From Escherichia phage vB_EcoM-UFV09, in the sequence record MZ291552.2: a DNA stretch of 64,000 nt; one strand, given 5' to 3'. Numbering within the stretch: position 1 is the stretch's first letter; each line of letters opens with the position of its first letter. The notes beneath the pieces were generated by a model. The model was not told where the DNA came from. It searched no databases and was given only the letters and a program-made list of their open reading frames with translations. Shown here in pieces: positions 22,564 through 31,811 of the stretch. A program made the translations under genes and the position numbers.

Positions 22564-22617
22564 TCCTCATGTTATGTCAGTAAGATTATTATAACACAAC
22601 ACGAGGGACTTGTAAAC
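22564..22617 (-). promoter_or_regulatory. Sigma70-type early promoter and leader: -35 TTTACA, 17-bp spacer, -10 TATAAT, then GAGGA RBS (copy 1 of a 54-bp exact repeat)
   Basis: Minus strand reads GTTTACA-17 nt-TATAAT; the identical 54-mer recurs at 37872-37925. Confidence 0.65.
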
Positions 22618-24674
22618 TACATTTTGAACTTTTTAGACATTCCGTTGATGTTAACCAAAGAAGCTAAGATTTGAGAAACTTCGTTTTCCTCTTCTTTTGA
22701 TTCTTCTACAAGGAATTGATTAAATCCAGCCATTGGACGAACTTCACCAGTTTCCATCAGATGGTCGCCATCATATACTGATTCTTCTAATTGTTCAGAA
22801 GGAGGAACGATTGTACCTTCGATTAGATACTTGTTATAAGCAGTTTCTTTCATCATGTACGTACTTACTTTATTAATCTTCAGTAAAATTCCACGCGGCA
22901 AAATAACTTCAGCTTCGGATGGAAATCCTGATAAATGACCTGGAACGATAACTTTAACTCGTTCAGCTCCTTTAATTACCATACCTACATTAGTTTCAGC
23001 GTCTTCATTCGCATATGTAGAATGACTACCCATATGCATTAAATCTTCAGCATCAACTGAACCTTCTCCTTCACCAGAAAATACTGCTCCGGAATCATCT
23101 AAGGCCATATAATTTTTACCATATTCACCGAAGATATTTGGCTTGAGTGAAGTAGATACAAAGTTCTTGAAATAGAACATTTTATTTTCTATATTATGAC
23201 GTAAAGTTTTAAAGGTAACTTCTTGCCCACGATAAAGAGTAGTTCCTGGAGGAAGAACTGAACCTTTAGAAAATGCAGAATCCAGCGTCTCAATATGTTT
23301 AATAGCTCGTTCCATATATTCTTCACGGGTAGAATCAGGTTTACCTAGAAGGAACGAGTTCATTTCAACATATGAATCTGCGCAATAATCTTCAATTACA
23401 TCAGACTCAGCCTGAGTTAATCCTTTTGGAGTTACTTCAGTGCTTGCATATTCATATGCCTGAGCAGCAGATTCATCAATTAATTTATAAATTCCATTCA
23501 TTACAAATTGAATAATAGCTGTCTTTTCATCTGGTGTAGCTTTAGAACCTTTAACTAAATCATTGACAATTTTCTTAATAACATCAAAGCTATTAGAAAT
23601 ATTAATGTCAGCAAGATCGCTTAAAATTTTATCAGTTTTATAATCAAAGAATTCTTTATTCTTTAAATATTCTTGAGAACCTTGATATGTTATATCGCTC
23701 TGCAGCTTGATAGATGGATCGCGTAAACGTGCATGGGCCAATGCAATATGATTTCGGAAGCTTTCGAGTTCATAATCACTAGATTTAAAACGAGAAGCAC
23801 TTCTCATACCACCGATAGCTCCTTTGCTAAAGTTTGAACCAACCTGAATAACGCCAGAGTTCATTGGTCCTTCTGCTTTATATACCGGAACTTTAGATTC
23901 AAACTCTTGATATTTCTTAGCAGCGAAGCTATCACCCTGAAGTGAAGCATCAACAGTAGAATATTGAGCTTGTGCTGCTAATCGACGACTAATTTTAGTT
24001 TTCTGAATAACAGCTTGATCCGTGCGCTTATCATTTTCTAAAGCAATAGAAGCAGCAACAGCAACAGCTTTAGGAACAGCATTACCTGTTTTAACGTCTA
24101 CATAAACATCACCAACCTTTGATTCAACTTTTGTGAATAACTCGGTTGAAATAGGAGGTACACCTGGAATGTCTTCTAAATTGGCATTTTTACGGTAAAC
24201 CATAATATATGCGTACTTTTTATCATAATCCCAGATTTCCTTTAAAAGAACATATCGACCTGCTCCTTTAGTACGTACTAAACGGTCAGCAATAACTTGC
24301 ATTTGCCGAGCAGCGCCATTTGTTTTACTTTTTAGTACGCGGAATAAGCATGCATCAATTTTATACTGTTTCATTGTTTGAAGAGCAGTATCAAAAACAG
24401 CATTAATGACGCCAATTGGATTTCCACCCAAGTTTTTAAGCTTAACTAATGATAGTTTCTCATTAACGCCTATCATTACGATATGCATCATTTTGTCGCC
24501 TGGCTTAACGTTTTTATTCGTATCACCGCCAGAGGTGTATGTACAAAATCTAAATCCAGGAAGCACGCTTTCTTCACCTGCTTGAATAGCAAAAATTTGA
24601 GGTATTTTATGCTTAGGATTTAAGTTAACAACCGGCGCCGAAGCGCCGTCAAATAATTCTGTAATAAGTTCCAT
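22617..24674 (-). CDS. Alt-family ADP-ribosyltransferase paralog (internal head protein-like)
   Basis: 685 aa; N-terminus MELITELFD shared with the adjacent Alt; C-terminal R (LYRGQ), STS (NFVSTSL) and E-x-E (EAEVILPRG) motifs. Confidence 0.75.
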   Translation of the reverse strand: MELITELFDGASAPVVNLNPKHKIPQIFAIQAGEESVLPGFRFCTYTSGGDTNKNVKPGDKMMHIVMIGVNEKLSLVKLKNLGGNPIGVINAVFDTALQTMKQYKIDACLFRVLKSKTNGAARQMQVIADRLVRTKGAGRYVLLKEIWDYDKKYAYIMVYRKNANLEDIPGVPPISTELFTKVESKVGDVYVDVKTGNAVPKAVAVAASIALENDKRTDQAVIQKTKISRRLAAQAQYSTVDASLQGDSFAAKKYQEFESKVPVYKAEGPMNSGVIQVGSNFSKGAIGGMRSASRFKSSDYELESFRNHIALAHARLRDPSIKLQSDITYQGSQEYLKNKEFFDYKTDKILSDLADINISNSFDVIKKIVNDLVKGSKATPDEKTAIIQFVMNGIYKLIDESAAQAYEYASTEVTPKGLTQAESDVIEDYCADSYVEMNSFLLGKPDSTREEYMERAIKHIETLDSAFSKGSVLPPGTTLYRGQEVTFKTLRHNIENKMFYFKNFVSTSLKPNIFGEYGKNYMALDDSGAVFSGEGEGSVDAEDLMHMGSHSTYANEDAETNVGMVIKGAERVKVIVPGHLSGFPSEAEVILPRGILLKINKVSTYMMKETAYNKYLIEGTIVPPSEQLEESVYDGDHLMETGEVRPMAGFNQFLVEESKEEENEVSQILASLVNINGMSKKFKM

Positions 24675-24677
24675 GAT

Positions 24678-26771
24678 TTATCCTTGAACGAACTTGTAAG
24701 GCATGTTTGTAATATCTATGCAAGACGCAATAATTCCAAGAGATGATTCTACTTTCTGTTTAATATTTGATGAAACAAATGATGCAAAGTCAACTCTGTC
24801 TTCTATTTCAATATCACCTGTCATTGCAACCAATTCACCAGTTTCCATTAAATGGTCTCCATCATAGATTACCGATTCGGTGAGCTCTTCCGTGGTCATA
24901 ACTTCAGCTTGAATGAGTTTTGTATTATTAGATGTTGTTCCGTCATTATTAGAAGCATCGATTATTTTATTAACTTTGACCATCAATCCACGCGGTAGAA
25001 TAACTTCAGCTTCTGTTGCTATTCCGAGACTTCCTGGATATACAACATTAACTTTATGAGCTCCATCAATTGCCCATCCTATTTGAACTTTAACATATTC
25101 AGGATTTTCTTTATACGCTCTTATTTCGTTTGGATTAATAGTTATTCCTTCTTCATTTTTATCAACTGTTAATTCATTGCGAGCTTCTGGTTCTAAAAGA
25201 CCAATACCAGCATGTGTGATTCCAAAACGTCCAAAAATGATAGGAGTTAAAGAAGTAGATACAAAATTTCTGAAGTAGAACACTTTATTTTTAACTAACG
25301 CTTCATATATAGGAGCAGTCATACTTTGAGCACGATAAACTGTAATGCCTTCTGGTATACGGTCACCATTTTCAAAAGCTGAATCTAAGTTATTTATAGC
25401 AGATTCAATTTCTTTTTCACTCATTACATCGTATCGTTCTGGATTGTAACGACCTAAAAGAAGATTATTGATGTCAGTATATCCTGAACCGCAATATTCT
25501 CTAATGCCACGCTTTTGTGATGGAGTATATTTAGAACCATCGCGGGCAATAGTAATATCAATCATTGGACCAGCACCAATTCCAGAAAAACTGTAAATCA
25601 TTCGTTTGAGGAATTTAGTTTTTGCTGCGTTCCAGGAATTTTTAGTTATTTCTTCCCAGACTTCATCTGGTTGTCCTTTACGATTTTTATTATGATTAGC
25701 AAGCCATTTATCTTTATAATCTTCAAAGAATTGATTTACAGCTGCTGCGTATTTCTCTAAACATTTTATTGAAGTAGTTGGTTCATTTTTAATTGCATTA
25801 AAAATTACTTCTTTAATTTTTTCTGAAACTTCACCGACTTGACTCATTGGAAAGAATTTATAATCATAGTGAAGTTCATCTGCCGTTCCTTCAGCAATAA
25901 TTTTTGCTGCCTTTGTTTTAGAAGCTAATGAATTAATTCCAATTTTCATTTCTTCTGCTTCGGGAATTAAAGGTGCAGTAGCTGGTTTATTAAAATTAGC
26001 TGCTGTAGATTCATACTTCTGGAATAATTCACTTTCAAATCTAGAAGATTCCAATGACTGACTTTGTGCAATTGCTCTACGGGAAATTTTAACTTTAACG
26101 ATTACAGCTTGGTCAGAACGTTTATCATTTTCTTGCGCAATAGATGCTGCAATTGCTTCATTTTTAGTTACTTGAGCTCCAGTATCTTTATTGATATAAA
26201 CATCACCGACCTTCGATTCAACTTTAGTAAAGAGTTCAGTGCTAATTTCTGGAACTCCTGGAATGTCTTCTAATGATACATTTTTGCGATGTATAAGAAT
26301 ATATGCATACTTTTTATCGTAATCCCAGAGTTCCTTAAGAAGGACGTATCTGCCACCTGAACGACTACGGATAAGTCTATCAGCAATAACTTGAATTTGT
26401 CGAGCTTGGCCAGCAGTTTTAGACTTAAGAATACGAAGCATGCAGGCATCAATTTTATATTGACGCATCGTTTGCATTGCAACAGTAAAAACTGAATTGA
26501 TATAATTAATTGGGCTTGGACCAAGACCTTTTAATTTAGCAATTGAGCCTTTAGCAGTTAATGTAAAAGGAACAATATGCATCATTTTATCGCCCATCTT
26601 TAAATCGCGATTAGTATCACCTCCAGATGTATAGGTACATAAACGAAAGCCTGGTTGTTCAATTGCATCATCAACATGAACTGAAAAAATTTGTGGTATT
26701 TTCTTCTTTGGATTTAAGTTTGTAATCGGAAGAGTAGTATCTTCGTCAAATAATTCTGTAATAAGTTCCAT
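24678..26771 (-). CDS. alt: ADP-ribosyltransferase Alt (packaged, injected RNAP-modifying enzyme)
   Basis: 697 aa; N-terminus MELITELFDEDTTLPITNL recognised as T4 Alt-like; VYRAQ, NFVSTSL and EAEVILPRG motifs; position next to gene 30. Confidence 0.8.
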   Translation of the reverse strand: MELITELFDEDTTLPITNLNPKKKIPQIFSVHVDDAIEQPGFRLCTYTSGGDTNRDLKMGDKMMHIVPFTLTAKGSIAKLKGLGPSPINYINSVFTVAMQTMRQYKIDACMLRILKSKTAGQARQIQVIADRLIRSRSGGRYVLLKELWDYDKKYAYILIHRKNVSLEDIPGVPEISTELFTKVESKVGDVYINKDTGAQVTKNEAIAASIAQENDKRSDQAVIVKVKISRRAIAQSQSLESSRFESELFQKYESTAANFNKPATAPLIPEAEEMKIGINSLASKTKAAKIIAEGTADELHYDYKFFPMSQVGEVSEKIKEVIFNAIKNEPTTSIKCLEKYAAAVNQFFEDYKDKWLANHNKNRKGQPDEVWEEITKNSWNAAKTKFLKRMIYSFSGIGAGPMIDITIARDGSKYTPSQKRGIREYCGSGYTDINNLLLGRYNPERYDVMSEKEIESAINNLDSAFENGDRIPEGITVYRAQSMTAPIYEALVKNKVFYFRNFVSTSLTPIIFGRFGITHAGIGLLEPEARNELTVDKNEEGITINPNEIRAYKENPEYVKVQIGWAIDGAHKVNVVYPGSLGIATEAEVILPRGLMVKVNKIIDASNNDGTTSNNTKLIQAEVMTTEELTESVIYDGDHLMETGELVAMTGDIEIEDRVDFASFVSSNIKQKVESSLGIIASCIDITNMPYKFVQG

Positions 26772-26794
26772 GTTATCCTCTCTAGTGTTTATTC

Positions 26795-26802
26795 TATTTA
26801 TA
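26795..26802 (-). promoter_or_regulatory. T4-type late promoter box (TATAAATA on minus strand) upstream of alt
   Basis: TATTTATA on plus strand, about 24 bp upstream of the alt start. Confidence 0.45.
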
Positions 26803-26827
26803 AAATTAAAGGCCCGAAGGCCTTTAA

Positions 26828-27013
26828 TTAATAGAGAGCTAAAAGAGTACGATATACTTCAAACTTTGGACCTTTTTCATATGGATCAAATCTTTCCGTG
26901 AATTCATCATATGCTAGTTTATCTGGGAATTCAAGAATAACCTGCGATACCGCAGTGGAAACATCTCCACCTTCTTTTTGAGCCACGACAATTGTTTCTA
27001 AGTAAGCTTTCAT
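26828..27013 (-). CDS. Hypothetical small protein between gene 30 and alt
   Basis: 61-aa ORF overlapping the gene 30 stop. Confidence 0.55.
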   Translation of the reverse strand: MKAYLETIVVAQKEGGDVSTAVSQVILEFPDKLAYDEFTERFDPYEKGPKFEVYRTLLALY

Positions 27014-28473
27014 AAACCAGTTACCTCATGAAAATCGCCAAATACATCTTCGAACGTATTAGCTTTAGTTTTATCTTCACGTAAACGAATTGCAATTGGA
27101 AGAAATAGCTTAACGTAATCAGTACGTCCATCTAATTTTACCCAGCCGTTGCATTCGCACTCTAGAATTTTTCCAATATAATAATTTTGGTTTTCCATAA
27201 TGCGAGTACGATCAAGTTCATGCGATTTTATACCGGCTTTATCTTTTAAGCCTGAACCAGCATTTACTTTAATTTTTCCACACTCTGATTCAAGAATGAA
27301 ACCACCTGCTTTAGTAGGGTCTTTACGGTGAGGATAAATTCCTACAATTTTTAAATCAACATCAATTACTTCTTTAAATTTATAAAGATTTTTTGAACGA
27401 GCATTTTCCCATAATCCATCGATATTTTTGAGAATAATACCTTCAAGACCTTGGTCAATATACTTTTTATAAATTACCTTAGCTTCATCTAGGTTATTTA
27501 CTATCTGGTTTTCAATTAAAATTACTTTATCATAGCCTGATGTCATTTGTTCTAGTTTAGAAAAACGTACATCATATTTTAAACGAAATGCTGGAAGACC
27601 ATATATTTCTACTAATGGAACATAGTCCCAGACCTGAAACTTCATGCATTGTGCTTCTTTTTCCGAAATGGTTCCCTTTAAAGATTTATTAGCGATTCCA
27701 TTAGAAGTAGTACGTGATTCAGCTACTTCGGCGAATTCTTTAGCTTTACTAATTTCAGGATAAGCATCAAAAAGAAAATCTAGGCCTTCTGGCTCCTTTT
27801 TAACCTGCTCATGGTATACCAATTCGCCATCAATTAACACACCTTCTGGATGAATCTGGCGAGCTTCTGCAGTCATTTTGATTAACTCTTCTTTAAGAAG
27901 ATCTAATCCTAGATATTCATTGCCAGCTCGTGATAAAAGACGAACATCATCTAATTCATCACCTCTGACTTCAGCAAAACAGCGAGCTCCATCAGCTTTT
28001 AGCTGTGCAAAGGCTGGAAATTTGATATTCTTATTAATGCCTTTTTCGTCATAAGAACTTGCTAGCATTTGAGGTTGTTCAGGAATTAAACCTGGCCAAA
28101 CTTTGTTTGCAATAGATACTGATGCACCGCATTCAAGGTCTCGCATCATCACCCGACGCAAAACTTCAACATCATCTTTTTTACCATCGGTGATATATCC
28201 GATTAATTCCTCAATTGCCGCATTTCCAGTCAATTTCCGAGTAGCTAACGTGAATTCAATGAAGTCAAGCATATCGGTAAGAGTCAACATTCCAAAACTC
28301 TGGGTAGTAATACCCGGTTTAGGCCATTTCTTGATATAATACTGTAACCCACGAGAATAAGTCAGACGATATACTCGTTTAAGCAATTCATTATCTTTAT
28401 TCTTTTCAAGAATTGCTTGCTTCTGCTTAGTTGAACCAATAGATGCTATTTCGTTCAGAATTTTAAGAATCAT
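27010..28473 (-). CDS. 30: ATP-dependent DNA ligase
   Basis: 487 aa, same as T4 ligase; adenylation motif KADG (AQLKADGARCF); N-terminus MILKILNEIASIGSTKQKQAILEKNK. Confidence 0.95.
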   Translation of the reverse strand: MILKILNEIASIGSTKQKQAILEKNKDNELLKRVYRLTYSRGLQYYIKKWPKPGITTQSFGMLTLTDMLDFIEFTLATRKLTGNAAIEELIGYITDGKKDDVEVLRRVMMRDLECGASVSIANKVWPGLIPEQPQMLASSYDEKGINKNIKFPAFAQLKADGARCFAEVRGDELDDVRLLSRAGNEYLGLDLLKEELIKMTAEARQIHPEGVLIDGELVYHEQVKKEPEGLDFLFDAYPEISKAKEFAEVAESRTTSNGIANKSLKGTISEKEAQCMKFQVWDYVPLVEIYGLPAFRLKYDVRFSKLEQMTSGYDKVILIENQIVNNLDEAKVIYKKYIDQGLEGIILKNIDGLWENARSKNLYKFKEVIDVDLKIVGIYPHRKDPTKAGGFILESECGKIKVNAGSGLKDKAGIKSHELDRTRIMENQNYYIGKILECECNGWVKLDGRTDYVKLFLPIAIRLREDKTKANTFEDVFGDFHEVTGL

Positions 28474-28739
28474 TGTTCATCCTTTAGAGTTTGGTTTACA
28501 GCTCTATTATAAATCAATTCATCATTAAGCTCAGTCAAAGACCTGTGGTACGTGGTTCTAACTTTATTTCCTTGCATCCAGTGCTTGACGTAAATGAAAC
28601 CTTGCTCTACACATTTTTTAAAAATTCGTTCGTCTTTTTGAGCTCGGAATTCTGGATTGCATCTAAAAAATTGATTTACGTGACCGTAATCACGTGTAGT
28701 ATTACCTTCATTTTCATAAATAGTATGAACAACAAACAT
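28470..28739 (-). CDS. Hypothetical protein (T4 30.1 position)
   Basis: 89-aa ORF overlapping neighbours by a few nt. Confidence 0.6.
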   Translation of the reverse strand: MFVVHTIYENEGNTTRDYGHVNQFFRCNPEFRAQKDERIFKKCVEQGFIYVKHWMQGNKVRTTYHRSLTELNDELIYNRAVNQTLKDEQ

Positions 28740-29581
28740 TAGAATGCTCCTTGTAAAATATTATCACCACTAGTAGGTCTATTATACAAATACTCTATGC
28801 CACCGGGTTTAATATAATTCCATGTCTGAAACGGATACACATGATATGGATGTGTATAATATGGATGGTATGGATTTAATCCAGGAGTTCTCCAGGTAGT
28901 GTTCCAAGGAAAAGAATCGTTTTTAATCATCTTTTCAATTACATCTTTTATAGCTTTTTCACTATCAAAACTTTCTTTATTTTCCTTCGATGGAAAAAGC
29001 TTATTCTCTACATCATTCCATGTATAAACTCGCTGTGCAGTTTTTGGAATACTGTCACGCTCCCCTCGAGCCATCCAATAAACAGGAACATTTAATATTT
29101 CACTCGCATGATCGCAGTGGTGAGCGAGATCGTCAATATAACAAATTACGTTATATTTCTCTTTTGCCTTTTTGAATAACTCTTCTTTTGAAGAATCATG
29201 ACCACACATCAATACTTCTGAGAAGGCACCAGGAAAAAGAGCATTCAAATTAAATTGACGATTCAGCAGAGCGTCAATAGAATCACCCAGTGCTGTAACA
29301 GCTACAAAATTATAATCTTCTTTTAATTTGTTAATTACACACAGGGCATCTTTATATGGAGACAAATAGCGAATAAAATCTGAACGATTATACTTTTCGA
29401 TTAATTTAACACCAAGTTCTTCATCGCAATTAAAGAGCTTACCAGGAGAAATAAATTTTTCATCCTGAATCATTTTTAAAATATGTTCTAACGGAAGATT
29501 ATATTTTTGGGCAAAATAAGGAAGGCCTGATTGCCAGCTTAAACACACCCCGTCAATATCAGTCAAAATAGTAGGCTTCAT
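28739..29581 (-). CDS. HAD-superfamily hydrolase-like protein (T4 30.2 position)
   Basis: 280 aa; N-terminal LTDIDGV (DxD nucleophile motif) and a later YIDD acidic motif; inference from motifs. Confidence 0.55.
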   Translation of the reverse strand: MKPTILTDIDGVCLSWQSGLPYFAQKYNLPLEHILKMIQDEKFISPGKLFNCDEELGVKLIEKYNRSDFIRYLSPYKDALCVINKLKEDYNFVAVTALGDSIDALLNRQFNLNALFPGAFSEVLMCGHDSSKEELFKKAKEKYNVICYIDDLAHHCDHASEILNVPVYWMARGERDSIPKTAQRVYTWNDVENKLFPSKENKESFDSEKAIKDVIEKMIKNDSFPWNTTWRTPGLNPYHPYYTHPYHVYPFQTWNYIKPGGIEYLYNRPTSGDNILQGAF

Positions 29582-30042
29582 AGAGAGTCTCTTAATAGGT
29601 TTAACACATCAATAAATTCAGCTTCGGTTAGTATTGTATCATCTTTTGTTAGACCACTAGCCATGCTGTGCTTCAAAACTTTTCCTTTTGAGGCTTGTAA
29701 GGCATCACGAAACCCCTTGTTTTGAATCGCTGCTTCAAAATATGCATTTGTATACAACTCTTTCCATGCTGCAGAGTATCTTGAAAAGGGAATTCCAAGC
29801 CAGAAAAGCGTCCCACGGTCCGCAGCTCTTGCATAAGCTCTTCCACTTTGCTGGGCGGCCAAGCCGGAGAGCCTAAATATACGACGTTGTTGTTCAACAT
29901 TTTTCACCTTGCATCCTTGGAGGAATCCTTCAAGACCTCCGAATTGAATACCATCCATGACGAAAGGCCATTGGGCGAAATTACTTAATGCACACGATGG
30001 CCATCTAAAATTGCTTCTAATCTCTAACTCAGACATTTTCAA
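29578..30042 (-). CDS. YbiA/NADAR (DUF1768)-like protein (T4 30.3 position)
   Basis: 154 aa; segment SNFAQWPFVMDGIQF resembles the YbiA signature FSNFAAWPIKVDGKTW recalled from memory. Confidence 0.5.
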   Translation of the reverse strand: MKMSELEIRSNFRWPSCALSNFAQWPFVMDGIQFGGLEGFLQGCKVKNVEQQRRIFRLSGLAAQQSGRAYARAADRGTLFWLGIPFSRYSAAWKELYTNAYFEAAIQNKGFRDALQASKGKVLKHSMASGLTKDDTILTEAEFIDVLNLLRDSL

Positions 30043-30235
30043 TACTTATAATTTCAACATCAGCCCAATGACCATAGCAAGGAAGACGAAATTCAACTGG
30101 CCAGTTAGGGTCCTTTTCTAATATAATAGACTTAACTTGTGGTTCTTCATGTTCATCAGTATATGGATTTTTATCTGTTACTTTATATGTGACCTTAATG
30201 TATTGAATTCCAAAAATCTTATTAATTATATTCAT
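30029..30235 (-). CDS. Hypothetical small protein
   Basis: 68-aa ORF in the operon. Confidence 0.5.
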   Translation of the reverse strand: MNIINKIFGIQYIKVTYKVTDKNPYTDEHEEPQVKSIILEKDPNWPVEFRLPCYGHWADVEIISIENV

Positions 30236-30429
30236 ACTAATTCCTTTAATCCGTAAATAGGAGACAATTCATCACCCATACGAAGGTCTTCATTTCCATC
30301 TACCCAGGAAACAATATAAGCCTCTTTTATTTGAACACCACTCCATTTAAACGGAGGTAGAACCTTAGAAATTAATCCAGGTATACCAACTCCCTTTAAT
30401 TCAACAGTTTGACCTAAAAAGAATTTCAT
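30232..30429 (-). CDS. Hypothetical small protein
   Basis: 65-aa ORF, overlap-coupled to neighbours. Confidence 0.5.
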   Translation of the reverse strand: MKFFLGQTVELKGVGIPGLISKVLPPFKWSGVQIKEAYIVSWVDGNEDLRMGDELSPIYGLKELV

Positions 30430-30716
30430 TAGAACCTCATCTGAAAACCATGCGATTTAACATTACCGCCGCCAATATCAGAAATATTAATTTCACGCGC
30501 AATCGAAGGATCGATGTCAATTTCACGATTAAGTTTAGCGATAGCTAAAGTATCACGCCCATTTACAGTACGGAACTCTAAAGGACAAACCACATCAACG
30601 TAATTTTTAATCGATTCACTGGTAGGTTGCAAATGAGCAGGAAGGTCTTTGGGCGCCTTTGAGAAAACCACTTCACAGAAATTTTTGCGGGTGTCAAAAT
30701 AAGTAGTCATAAACAT
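30429..30716 (-). CDS. Hypothetical protein
   Basis: 95-aa ORF. Confidence 0.55.
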   Translation of the reverse strand: MFMTTYFDTRKNFCEVVFSKAPKDLPAHLQPTSESIKNYVDVVCPLEFRTVNGRDTLAIAKLNREIDIDPSIAREINISDIGGGNVKSHGFQMRF

Positions 30717-30757
30717 AATATTTTCCTCAGTAAGGGGCCGAAGCCCCTCATTTATTT

Positions 30758-31123
30758 TTAAATATCAAATTCGTTAAGAACTACATCAAAGATTGCTTCA
30801 AGATGCTCAGGTTTAGCTCTGTTACTCAGAATATGACGAATCCAAGTTTTAACCAAAAGCTTACGATTATCACCATTCCAGCAAGGATGAGTCCCTAAAT
30901 CGCGTTGACGAAAATCATCATCCAAAGCGATTTTGAAGTTGGAACCTTCCATTGTGATTGAAACCGTGATGCCATTTTCAAATCGCATATAAACATAATT
31001 AGGAGTCATATACTGTTCAATTTCGCATACTGATCCATTTTGATGTTTCCAAAGGCAAATAGTATCAATAGAACCTGCAATACCATTAGAAACATATTTA
31101 CGTTCAAAGTTGATGTAGTTCAT
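30758..31123 (-). CDS. Hypothetical protein
   Basis: 121-aa ORF. Confidence 0.55.
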   Translation of the reverse strand: MNYINFERKYVSNGIAGSIDTICLWKHQNGSVCEIEQYMTPNYVYMRFENGITVSITMEGSNFKIALDDDFRQRDLGTHPCWNGDNRKLLVKTWIRHILSNRAKPEHLEAIFDVVLNEFDI

Positions 31124-31191
31124 TTTTGTTCTCCGAGATGTTTAATTGCGGTACAGGTATATAATATCATATCCTGTACCAAAGTAAACAA

Positions 31192-31524
31192 TTATTTTAC
31201 TACTTTCCAGTGCTGCATGTCAAGTTTACCGACTTTTTTCATCTTCTCAATTAAGCGTTCGGCACGTTGGCGAGCTGTAACATAATACCATTCACCTAAT
31301 TCATTTTGTTCAATTTTTCCAACGATTACTGTATTCAATTCATAAATCCAACCAGTAAAGAAATTATGAACTTGAATTGTAAAGGTGAAATCTGTTCCCA
31401 TACCTTCTGTTGTTTCTACTTCAATAATATCACCTTCAACTGCCATTAAGAACCACATAGTTTCGTTATATTCACCATTGAAGCATTTAGCTTTAACTGA
31501 AGCGTTCAGATTAATCGTTTTCAT
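31192..31524 (-). CDS. Hypothetical protein
   Basis: 110-aa ORF with AAGGAG RBS. Confidence 0.55.
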   Translation of the reverse strand: MKTINLNASVKAKCFNGEYNETMWFLMAVEGDIIEVETTEGMGTDFTFTIQVHNFFTGWIYELNTVIVGKIEQNELGEWYYVTARQRAERLIEKMKKVGKLDMQHWKVVK

Positions 31525-31551
31525 TTTATTCTCCTTTGTTTGTGTAAGATA

Positions 31552-31580
31552 ATACTATCACAAAGGAACCATACTGTAAA
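31552..31580 (-). promoter_or_regulatory. Candidate early promoter (-35 TTTACA, 17 bp, -10 TAGTAT) upstream of the 110-aa ORF
   Basis: Minus-strand pattern TTTACA-17 nt-TAGTAT read from sequence. Confidence 0.35.
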
Positions 31581-31599
31581 CAACTTTATGCAATCGTTG

Positions 31600-31629
31600 G
31601 AAAATAAAAAAGGACTCCCGAAGGAGTCC
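31600..31629 (-). terminator. Rho-independent terminator after the small basic protein gene
   Basis: ggactcc-cgaa-ggagtcc hairpin followed on the minus strand by UUUUUUAUUUU. Confidence 0.65.
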
Positions 31630-31634
31630 TCAAC

Positions 31635-31811
31635 TTATGCTTTCTGCTTACCAAAACGAGAAGCATCATCTCGAAGAACCGCACGTGCTCGGCGCATGAT
31701 CTTCTCAACAGTTTGATTGATACGAGAGTTCGACCCACGCTTGTAGCCAGCGCGTTTAGAATCACCAACTTTCTTTTCAACTGCTTTCTTTGCTTTAACT
31801 TGTTTTGCCAT
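31635..31811 (-). CDS. Small basic protein (T4 30.9 region); start uncertain (31811 or 31853)
   Basis: Lys/Arg-rich ORF MAKQVKAKKAVEKK...; the track ORF extends 14 codons upstream. Confidence 0.5.
   Translation of the reverse strand: MAKQVKAKKAVEKKVGDSKRAGYKRGSNSRINQTVEKIMRRARAVLRDDASRFGKQKA

Noticed and set aside
22617-26771. Interpreting the Alt pair as a toxin-antitoxin or defence island
   Set aside because: Both proteins carry a head-protein-type N-terminus and a late promoter lies upstream, which fits injected virion enzymes; no immunity-like small partner gene was seen.
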